Source: Phyllobates terribilis
Taxonomy: Eukaryota
NCBI RefSeq assembly: GCF_046119375.1
Contig: NW_027362762.1
Location: 354,516,001 to 354,580,000, forward strand
Reading direction: 5' to 3'
Length of the DNA stretch: 64,000 nucleotides
Below the pieces are notes generated by a model, which saw only the letters and a list, made by a program, of their open reading frames with translations, ran no database searches and had not been told where the DNA came from. The number at the start of each line of letters is the position of its first letter. Within the stretch, counting starts at the first letter, position 1. Shown here piece after piece: positions 23,973-34,624 of the stretch. The position numbers and the translations under genes are program-made.

Positions 23973-26341
23973 TTACTCTCCCCAGGATGACACAGGGGTA
24001 GAAAAGTCCTTGCGGATCCATGATTTGCTCATCTTTATGAACGTGAGTCTGTCTACATTCTCAGCGGACAGCCGCGTGCGCTTATCTGTCAGCACACCAC
24101 CAGCAGCGCTGAACACACGTTCTGAGAGAATGGTGGCTGCGGGGCATGACAAGATCTCCAAGGCGTAAGTGGCGAGCTCCGGCCATTTATCCAGATTGGA
24201 AGCCCAAAAAGAGCATGGGTCCAGTGACACAGTCATGGCTTCGATGTTTACTTGGAGATACTCCTGTACCATCGTCTCTAGGCGTTGACTATGTGTCAGA
24301 CTTCTTGTCTCCTGTGGCCTTGCAAAGGATGGGCTAAAAAAGCTGTGAAATGATTCCGCAAAATTGCTGTTACCAGCAGATACTGTGTTTCTGTTACGGT
24401 TTGAGTGCTGAACACTCGACAGTCCCACGGTTGGCAAGTTGGAACTGTGAGAATCACTACGTGCACCACTGGTGTTTTGTGGAAAAGCACATGTAAGATT
24501 CTGCAACAGTCTCTGCTGATACTCCTGCATGCGTGAATCCCTTTCTATGGCAGGAATGATTTCGGCAAAATTACTTTTGTACCGGGGATCTAAGAGTGTG
24601 GCAACCCAGTAGTCAGGATTATTTCGAATTCTGACAATTCGAGGGTCATGTTGCAGGTAGTGCAGCAAGAAGGCACTCATGTGTCTTGCGCATCCAGGAG
24701 CACCAAGTCCCTGTTGTGTTGGTGGCGAGGTAACAATCATGCTTCCTTCCTCTGCCCTCTCCCCCCAACCTCGCACAACAGAAATGTGATCAAGGTCTCC
24801 CTCATCTGATGGGTCTTCCATTACTTCGTCCTCCACTTATTCCTGTGCTCCTGCACCTTCCTCACTAGTTTGGCTGCTCCATGCGCCCTGGTAAATCCAT
24901 CTCCCCCACCCTCACATGCCTGCCGCCTTGGTGCTGCCGACCGTCTGGACCTTGCAGATGTTAGCCCTTCCGCATACAACTCCTCCTCCTCTACTTCCTC
25001 CACCTCCACCCCTTCTTGTCGCACCACCTGACTCCGAATTCTGTTAAACATGTGCTCCAGCATGTAAATCACCGGAATAGTCATGCTGATAATGGCATCG
25101 TCAGCACTAAACATCTTCGTCGCCATTTCAAAACTGTGCAGAAGGGTGCATAGGTCCCTGATCTGAGACCACTCCTCCAGCGTGATTTGCCCCACCTCTG
25201 GATCCCGTTGGCTCAGGCTATATGCCAGAACGTATTGCACCAGGGCTTCTTGGTGCTGCCACAGTCGCTGCAACATGTGCAGAGTTGAATTCCACCGGGT
25301 AGGCACATCGCATTTTAGCCGGTGAAGTGGCAGGCCCAACGACTTCGGTAGAGATGTAAGTCGCTGAGCTGCGGGATGCGAACGGCGGAAGTGAGCACAC
25401 AGCGACTGTGCACTCTGCAGAAAGCCATCTAGTCCGGCATAGTGGCCTAAAAATTGCTGGACAACCAGGTTCAACATGTGAGCCGTACAAGGCACGTGTG
25501 TGACATTGCCCCGGTGAAGCGCCGCACCGAGGTTTGCAGCATTGTCGCACACGGCCTTTCCTGGTTTCAGGTCCAGTGGAGACAACCATTCATGAAACTG
25601 GTTCTCCAGAGCTGACCACAACTCCTCAGCTGTGTGACTCACATTTCCCAGACATTTCAAAGTAAAAACCGCCTGATGACGTTGAGCCCTGCTGCCAGCA
25701 TAGTAAGGAGGTGTGCAGGATCCCTTCTGCGCAGTTAGAAAGCGTGTGGCATGACCAGACAGGCTTTGGGTGCAGGTGGAGGACCGAGAGGAGGTTGAGG
25801 AGGCAGAAGCAGTGGAGGAACTTTGAGATAAAGAGGATTGACGCACAACTCGTGGGGACGGCAAGACTTGGACAGCAGCCAGTTGTCCTGCTGTCACCAT
25901 AGTTACCCAGTGCCCAGTCAGCGACATGTAACGCCCCTGTCCATGCCTACTCGTCCAAGTGTCTGTGGTGAAATGCACCCTGTCACACACAGAGTTTCTC
26001 AAAGAAGCGGTGATGTTGTGTGCGACATGCTGGTGGAGCGCAGGCACACCTTTCTTTGAGAAGTAGTGCCGACTGGGCATCTGGTTCTGGGGCACTGCGA
26101 CGGACATAAGGTCTCGAAAATCTTCTGTGTCCACCAGGCAGAAAGGCAGCATTTCTGTAGCCAAGAGCTTGCAGATGGTGAAATTCAACCTCTTAGCTTT
26201 CTCATGCCTAGGAGGAAATGGTCTTTTACTTGTACACATCTGAGGGACCGAGGGCTGGCTATGGTGCTTAGACGGGGTTGAGTAGGGTGTCCCCGGCAAA
26301 CTGACGGTCTGTGAGGAAGATGCAGGCTGACATGTTAGGTT
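23973..26341 (-). pseudogene. hAT-A transposase, catalytic core and C-terminus (3' part, split by hAT-B)
   Basis: ORFs 23973-24836 and 24821-26341: TTDTW, VCDNAA, PCTAH, TRWNS, SERVFS, hATC domain. Confidence 0.92.
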
Positions 26342-26832
26342 TAGTGTTGAGCCACCCCCGTAGTGTTCGAGTTCGGTTCGGTTCGTCGAACACCCGTGTG
26401 TTCGCCGAACTGTTCGTCGAACACCTTCGAACACCGTTAAAACCAATGGCAGGCAAACAAAAACACATAGAAACACATAGAAAACACCTTCAAAGGTGTC
26501 CAAAAGCTGACAAACTGCTCAGAAGACATAACTAACACATGGAAAAGTGACAAGTACATATAGTCATGCGAAAATAAAAGAGGTGGAGGAGTAAAAGGAG
26601 GGGGAGACACAGATATAGGCATGTCATGCCCTTCTAAAATCCAAAAAGTGAGAAGCCGACACGGCCAGTCCGCTCCTGCCCGTGCCACCTCCGTGTCGCC
26701 GGGTTTGTGCCAGAGCCGCGGTGAACCCTAATGGCCAGCCCCCCTCTCCCAATACTGGTGCCTGTCCGCTGGTGGGTCGAGCGAGCCCCCCTGTGGTGGA
26801 GGCAGCTCTAAGCTTTTTAATTTAAATTGTCT

Positions 26833-27108
26833 CTCTAATTTGAATGAATACACTTTAAATCCATTTACAAGGATCTATTTTTAGGGCAAGTCTCATGCCA
26901 GCAGCCGCGTAATTCCAGCTCCAGTAGCGTCCACTAAAGCTGCTGCAGTTAAAAAGCTTTTATAAGGATCGAGCTCGGCTGTCCACCGCAAGGCATCCTA
27001 CTGCCAGTCCCAGCCCCTATGCCTTGGGGTGCCTCCTGATGCTCTTCACTGAGGATCCCATGGTCCCGAAGCATTTCCTTTGAAAAAATTAAGTGTCTAA
27101 ACTACAGG
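26833..27108 (+). pseudogene. Degenerate 18S rRNA fragment captured in hAT-B
   Basis: GGCAAGTCTCATGCCAGCAGCCGCGTAATTCCAGCTCCAGTAGCGTCCACTAAAGCTGCTGCAGTTAAAAAGCT; homologous to 20258-20535 at the same position relative to the element end. Confidence 0.92.
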
Positions 27109-27212
27109 TGGTGTAGCTTGCTTAACAGCCGGGATAATCCGCTGACTAGCAGACACTGCTACTAGGCACAAAGTATTTCCTGGGCTAGATGCAGTTAAAA
27201 ATTTGTAATTAG

Positions 27213-29033
27213 ATACTCTCGTTGGATGCTGAGAAAGCATTCCATAGAGTCTCCTGGCACGCCATATATGATTCTCTTAAAAAGCTTGGGGTAGGGGTCT
27301 AGGGGACCCTTTTATAGCCAAAATCACGGCCCTGTATCACAATACGTCACCTAGGCTGAAGATAAATGGAACTGTAGCACAGTGAGGGCTCGGTTGCTAC
27401 AGAGGTATTGCACCTCACTCAGAGGTGTGATATCTCACTCTCAGGTAAGGATGGAGTGTGGATCAAGACCCGACACCTGCATGCATTACACCACATTGCC
27501 GTGGGGCAGGGCGACCAATATGCCTCTGAGATGGGCACGACAGTCCCTGTCCCTGGCTGGAGTGGGGGGAGGGAACACTGAGGAAGGGGAACCCTGTAGT
27601 GCAGGAGCAGGGAGGAAGCAGTTCCTGGGTGCATTGAGAAGGGAGTATAAAAGGTGGGCACCATCTTAGTTCAGTGCAGAGAAGTCTGAGCAGAAGTGGC
27701 AGGGAGCAGGGGCTCTGCATGAGCTCTGCTCCGGAGGCGGGCCTAGTAACAGAGGCCCAGGCCTGGAAGAGGGAGAAGGAAGGAAGAGGAGCGGAGAAGG
27801 CTCCAGGAACGAGGAATGAAGGGATCCCAGGGGTGCGGACGGTCGTGTCGCCACCGCACGCCCGAATCCACCTGCGTGGAGGGGTCAGGCCAAAGGGGCA
27901 AACCGGTCCCCGAAACTAGTGGAGGCAGGAAACGACCCTCAGCTAGAAACCGGAGGCTGTGACATTTTATGTGGCGCAGCCCCTCGCTACACCCGCTAGG
28001 AAGGCACCACATAGGGTCAGGGAAACTGGCGCCAAGTTTACCAAGAGGAGGCCCGAGGCAGCCGGACAGAAGGGTTGGTAAGAAAGGCCAGACAAAGGAC
28101 ACACAAAGGGGGTCCTGTGAAGCGCTCCAAAGTTATCTGGGAGTTGTCTGAGCCCCTCACCTGGTGAGCACAGTACGACGTGAGCAGCCGTTACCTGCAG
28201 ACGTGGTCTGGATAATAAGAACTGTGAGTAAAGGCCCTGGACTGCATCACTGACTCCGTGTCGTTACTGCTGCTGCCCTGCACCATCACCCCCATCCTCC
28301 GCATACACTGCCCTGAGGCTATACTCCTCCTGTGGGGAGTTATGCTACGCTCTGCTGCACCCACAACACCAGCCTCAGCGGTCTGCCCTGCAGCGGCGGC
28401 TCACTCTGACCGCAATCCACGGGTGGCGTAGTCGGACATTTAAACATCAAAACCACATAAATAGTTCCGCCACTGGTTTGACCACCCTGAGCCACAGAAC
28501 CGGGTCGCCGCCACGAAGACTACAACCACCAGCATCCACCAAAAAGGGTCCGGCTCCGGGTGTCCCAAGGCCCAGGGGGTGCATCAGAAAATTTTCATCA
28601 CCTTTCACAATCACCAATGGGACAAGGCAGGGATGTCCTCTGTCCCCTCTCTTATACATCCTAGTGACGGAGCACCTGCTCTAATCAATTCGCCATAACC
28701 CCAATATTAGGTGGATTGAGGTGGGAGGCACCGAGTACAAGTGCTCTCTCTTTGCTGATGATGTCCTAGTATATATCACTCAATCACATATATCCATCCA
28801 TGCTGTTATGGCTGAAATAGATCACTTTGTTACATGGTCAAATTTTAAAATCAATGCAGCGAAGTCTGAGGCCCTCGATGTCTCCCTCCCCAAATCCATA
28901 TAGGATTCCATCCAGTCCAACTTTCCCTTTGCCTGGCCCTCACAGGGTATCAAATACTTAGGAATTCCTATTCATAGAGACCTCTCCCATCTATGTTATC
29001 TTAATTTTGGGCCCTTTATTCAACAACTCCATA
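27213..29033 (+). pseudogene. L1 RT fragment in hAT-B (27213-27372 plus 28587-29033), split by a solo LTR
   Basis: Collinear with 20735-21335; DAEKAFHRVSW before the insertion and FADDVLVY after it. Confidence 0.88.
27373..28586 (+). mobile_element. Probable solo LTR (Gypsy/ERV-like), 1,214 bp
   Basis: Absent from the homologous site in hAT-A (20890); begins TG(TAGCA) and ends CA; flanked by GAAC/GAAA (imperfect 4-bp TSD); TATAAAA at about 27646; tRNA-Ser PBS-like TGGCGTAGTCGG at 28424-28435. Confidence 0.75.
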
Positions 29034-29108
29034 CAGACCACGGTTGGCAAGTTAGAACTGTAAGATTCACTACGTGAACCACTGGTGTTTTGTGGAAAAG
29101 CACATGTA

Positions 29109-30482
29109 CACTGTGTTCCAAATTATTATGCAAAAAGTGTTTAGGAGTGATAAGGGAAGAATTTGTTTGTTTGTCAGTTAAACTCATTGATGGTGATGTG
29201 TGTCAGGGCTCTTTATATCACTGTAAGCAATTGCAGACACCAGTGCTAATTAGTTTGTCAGGTGTGTCCAATGAAAGGCAAGACTACTTAAGAAGGCTTT
29301 CTCACATTATTCAGCAGCCTACATTTTCTGCCAAAATGGGAAAGAAAAAGGATGTGTCGGCTGCTGAGAAGCAACAAATTGTGGAGTATTTAGGTCAAGG
29401 CATGACTACAATCAACATTGTGCGATGATCAGGATGAAGTGTCTTGGCAATCAAGAAGTATGTAGCTGATTCACAGTACACACGTGTGCGTGCTGATAAG
29501 GGCAAATTGAGGACTCTTTCCTACAGGCAATTACGTCAGGTTGAAAGAGCAGCGGCAAAAAAGACTTGTCATAGCAGCAGACAAGTTTTTGAAGCTGCTT
29601 GTGCCTCCAACGTCCCCCGAACAACAAAATGCAGGGTCCTTCAGAGGTTTGCAGCTGTGCATACGCCATCCTGTCGACCTCCTCTATCCACTTCCCACAA
29701 GCAGAAACGGCTCCAGTGGGCCAAACATTACATGAAGACTGATTTCAAAACTGTTTTGTTGACGGATGAGTGCCGTGCAGCGCTCGATGGTCCAGATGGA
29801 TGGAGTGGAGGATGGCTGGTTGATAGACACCCCACGCAAACACGGCTACAGCGCCAACAAGGAGGAGGTGGAGTAATGTTTTGGGCTGGAATCATGGGGA
29901 GAGAGATTGTCGGCCCCTTTAGGATCCCTGAAGGCGCTAAAGATGAACTCCATAATGTATGTGGATTTTCTCAAACAGCACTTCCTGCCATGGTTCAAGA
30001 AGAAGAACCGTGTATTTCACAGCAAGATCATTTTTCTGCATGATAATGCACCATCTCATGCTGCACATAAAACATCTGCATCTCTGGCTGATATGGGCAT
30101 AAAAGGGGACAAACTTATGGTGTGACCCCCATGCTCCCCTGACCTCTACCCCATTCAGAACCTTTGGAGCATCATTAAAAGGAGTGTCTATGATGGCGGG
30201 AGGCAGTTCACATCTAAGCAACAGCTCTGGGAGGGTATTCTGTCCTCATGCAAAACAATTGAAGCAGAAACCATCCAAAACCTGACAAATTCAATGGACG
30301 AGAGAGTTCAGAAGCTCCTTTCGAACAAGGGTTCCTATGTGAAAATGTAACATCACCTAGAATAAAGTTTTGAGATGAAAACTGTTTGATTTCAGTTTCT
30401 AACAACCTGCTAATGCTTATAATTTCAAAAATGACCATTTTTTTGGTCTTTATTAAAATGAAAAGGTTGATCGAAAAGTTTG
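29109..30482 (+). mobile_element. Dead DD37E (TRT) Tc1-like element inside hAT-B
   Basis: Collinear with 244-1617; disrupted ORF 29336-30350 with the same TGA and E-to-Q lesions and the same right-end truncation. Confidence 0.87.
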
Positions 30483-30807
30483 GGGGATCTAAGAGTGTGG
30501 CAACCCAGTAGTCATGATTACTTCGAATTCTGACAATATGAGGGTCATGCTGCAGGTAGTGCAGCAAGAAGGCACTTATGTGTCTTGCGCATCTCGGAGC
30601 CCCAAAATTATTTTCCGGGCTAGATGCAGCTAAAAATTATTTTTAATTTTAAATCTGGTGGAGCTTATTATAGATGGCCTAATAGGATCAGTGCTGCACA
30701 CTGCTACAAAGCCCAAATTATTTTCCAGTCAAGATACAGATAAACATGATTAGTAATTTGAAAGCTTAAAACGGTTGGTAGGGTGATTTTAAACAATCAT
30801 CAAGCTT

Positions 30808-33800
30808 TTACTCTCCCCAGGATGACACAGGGGTAGAAAAGTCGTTTCGGATCCATGATTTGTTCATCTTTATGAACGTGAGTCTGTCTACATTATCAGT
30901 GGAGAGCCGCGTGCGCTTATCTGTCAGCATACCACCAGCAGCGCTGAACACACGTTCAGACAGAACGCTGGCTGCGGGGCATGACAAGATCTCCAAGGCG
31001 TAAGTGGCTAGCTCCGGCCATTTATCCAGATTGGAAGCCCAAAAAGAGCAAGGGTCCAGTGACACAGTCGTGCCTTCAATGTTTACTTGGAGATACTCCT
31101 GTACCATCGTCTCTAGGCGTTGACTATGTGTCAGACTTCTTGTCTCCTGTGGCCTTGCAAAGGATGGGCTAAAAAAGTGGTGAAATGATTCCGCAAAATT
31201 GATGTTACCACCAGATACTGTGGTTCTGTTACGGTTTGAGTGCTGAACACTTGACGGTCCCACGGTTGGCAAGTTCTAACTGTGAGATTCACTACGTGCA
31301 CCACTGGTATTTTGTGGAAAAGCACATGTAAGATTCTGCAACAGTCTCTGCTGATACTCCTGCATGCGTGAATCCCTTTCTATGGCAGGAATAATTTCTA
31401 CAAATTTACTTTTGTACCGGGGATCTAACAGTGCGGCAAACCAGTAGTCAGGATTATTTCTAATTCTCACAATTCGAGGGTCATGTTGCAGGTAGTGCAG
31501 CAAGAAGGCACTCATGTGTGTTGCGCATCCAGGAGCACCAAGTCCCTGTTGTGTTGGTGGCGAGGTAACAATCATGCTTCCTTCCTCTGTCCTCTCCCCC
31601 CAACCTCGCACAACAGAAATGTGATCAAGGTCTCCCTCATCTGATGAGTCTTCCATCAGTTCGTCCTCCACTTCTTCCTGGGCTCCTGCACCTTCCTCAC
31701 TAGTTTGGCTGCTACCATGCGCCCTGGTAAAACCATCTCCCGCACCCTCACATGCCTGCCGCCTTGGTGCTGCCGACCGTCTGGACCTTGCAGATGTTAG
31801 CCCTTCCGCATACAACTCCTGCTCCTCTACTTCATCCACCTCCTCTTGTGCCACCACCTGACTCCGAATTCTGTTTAACATGTGCTCCAGCATGTAAATC
31901 ACCGGAATAGTCATGCTGATAATGGCATCGTCAGCACTAAACATCTTCGTCGCCATTTCAAAACTGTGCAGAAGGGTGCATAGGTCCCTGATCTGAGACC
32001 ACTCCTCCAGCGTGATTTGCCCCACCTCTGAATCTCGTTGGCCCAGGCTATACGTGAGAACGTATTGCACCAGGGCTTGTCGGTGCTGCCACAGTCGCTG
32101 CAACATGTGCAGAGTTGAATTCCACCGGGTAGGCACATCGCATTTTAGCCGGTGAAGTGGCAGGCCCAACGACTTCTGTAGAGATGTAAGTCGCTGAGCT
32201 GCGGGATGCGAACGGCGGAAGTGAGCACACAGCGACCGTGCCCTCTGCAGAAGGCCATCTAGTCTGGGATAGTGGGCTAAAAATTGCTGGACAACCAGGT
32301 TCAACACGTGAGCCATACAAGGCACGTGTGTGACATTGCCCCGGCGAAGGGCCGCACCCAGGTCTGCAGCATTGTCGCACACGGCCTTCCCTGGTTTCAG
32401 GTCCAGTGGAGACAACCATTCATGAAATTGGTTCTCCAGAGCTGACCACAACTCCTCAGCTGTGTGACTCACATTTCCCAGACATTTCAATGTAAAAACC
32501 GCCTGATGACGTTGAGCCCTACTGCCAGCATAGTAAGGAGGTGTGCAGGATCCCTTCTGCGCAGTTAGAAAGCTTGTGGCATGACCAGACAGGCTTTGGG
32601 TGCAGGTGGAAGACCGAGAGGAGTTTGAGGAGGCAGAAGCAGTGGAGGAACTTTGACATAAAGAGGATTGACGCACAACTCGTGGGGACGGCAAGACTTG
32701 GACAGCAGCCCCTTGTCCTGCTGTCACCATAGTTACCCAGTGCCCAGTCAGCGACATGTAACGCCCCTGTCCATGCCTACTCGTCCAAGTGTCTGTGGTG
32801 AAATGCACCCTGTCACACACAGAGTTTCTCAAAGAAGCGGTGATGTTGTGTGCGACATGCTGGTGGAGCGCAGGCACACCTTTCTTTGAGAAGTAGTGCC
32901 GACTGGGCATCTGGTACTGGGGCACTGCGACGGACATAAGGTCTCGAAAATCCTCTGTGTCCACCAGGCGGAAAGGCAGCATTTCTGTAGCCAAGAGCTT
33001 GCAGATGGTGAAATTCAACCTCTTAGCTTTCTCATGGCTAGGAGGAAATGGTCTTTTACTTGTCCACATCTGAGGGACCGAGGGCTGGCTATTGTGCTTA
33101 GACGGGGTTGATAAGGGTGTCCCCGGCAAACTGCCGGTCTGTGAGGAAGATGCAGGCGGACATGTTAGGTTGCCTTGATCCAAAGGTGGTGCTATCGATG
33201 TCGGACAGCGCTCAACACCAGCTACTGTTACCACCTCCAAAGAAAATGATGACCTGCCAATCACGCTGGCTGTTGCGGGTAAAGAGGTGGCAGGTCTGCG
33301 CCCCAAAACAGGTGTGACTGCTGTCCCCCCAGTCACAGAGGATGAAGAGGCCGCGGATGCACAAGATATGGCAGACGGTGGTTGGCCCGGCCGGCTAGGC
33401 CGCATTGTAGCACACTGAGCTTCCCACTGCAACTTATGCTTCATGTCCATGTGCCGGTTCATGCATGAAGTACTCAAACTATGTATTTTTTGGCCTCTAC
33501 TTAGCTTTTGCTGACAAATGTTACAGATAACACGAGTTGGGTCATCTTTATCGATCTGAAAAAATGCCCAGGCTATGCAAGGCTTAGCACCCATGCGACC
33601 TGAAGAGCCACCACGACTTGTGGTGAGAGGCAGAGTTGTGTTTGAGGATGCAGTTGTTGACGTGCTTCCAGTACTACGTCTCTGTCCAGGAAGGCGCAAC
33701 CTGACCTCGTCGTCACTAGCATCTTCCTCCACCTCCTCTGCTGACCTCATCTCTTGGCTGACTGTGGGTTGACAGTAAGTGGGATCTCCAACCTCATCAT

Positions 33801-34507
33801 CATCACCCTGTGTGTTATCACACCCGTCGTCCTCAGAGCCAACCTGTTCCTGCCCTGACAAAAAACTAAAGTTGTCGCTCCAATCAGGTATGAGTCTTAT
33901 CATCGTCTTCCTCATTGTCTCCACCAACAGGAGTTACAGTTTGGGAATTAGGGTCTACATTATGGTCAGAACCTTCTGCGTCTGGTCCTGGATCCGACTC
34001 ATAAAGATTCTGGGCATCAGTGCAGATCATTTCCTCGTCTGGATTCACAGAAGCGCTGGAGTCGACCTCTGATTCCCAGGCTATAGTATGAGTAAACAGC
34101 TCTGCAGACTCAACCATCTGTTCTACCTCATACTCAGACGGGCAGCTGGAGATTTGGGAGCTGTGAGGAGGCAAGTGCGATTTGGGTGACACCTTTGAGG
34201 ACTGGAGTATTTGTGATGTTGAAGTTGATGTGGAGGAGAGCCCACTTAAAGGAGCACTTGATATCCGTTGAAGCACCTGCTGTTTTTGTGCCTCATCTGG
34301 AATTTGTAGCGATTGGCGTGGCCGTAAGAAAGGGATCTTATCACATTGTCCGCTAAAAGAAGTAGACATTTTAGTTTGGCTGGAAGATGGTCTTTCTTCT
34401 GCAGATGTTACTGTTGCTTTAACACCTACCCCATGGACACAACCTTTTTTCCCCTTCCCAACACGCCTATTCCCCTTTCCACCAGCAGCAGGCCTTTTTC
34501 CACTCAT
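30808..34507 (-). pseudogene. hAT-B transposase, nearly intact (one 2-bp deletion near 33890, one TAG at 31273-31275)
   Basis: ORFs 33884-34507, 31276-33927 (883 aa), 30808-31272; BED finger, TTDTW, VCDNAA, PCMAH, TRWNS, SERVFS, hATC all present; ATG in ACCACCAAAATG context. Confidence 0.95.
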
Positions 34508-34624
34508 TTTGGTGGTTAACTAATTCACAACTCTGGAGTTGTTTGCACAAAAAAACAATGGATGGTAACCGAGCAGAGCTGAGTGGCCAAACTGTGGTAT
34601 TAGGCCAAAACTATTGGCTGGGTT

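Noticed and set aside
24821-26503. 560-aa ORF running from the hAT-B end into the hAT-A catalytic core as a possible new fusion protein
   Set aside because: Begins at a non-ATG codon within the hAT-B terminal sequence and lacks the BED finger; an in-frame junction is expected by chance.
30808-34507. Domesticated ZBED-type host gene
   Set aside because: Flanked by TIRs and TSDs, present in three copies in the window, and every copy has disabling lesions.
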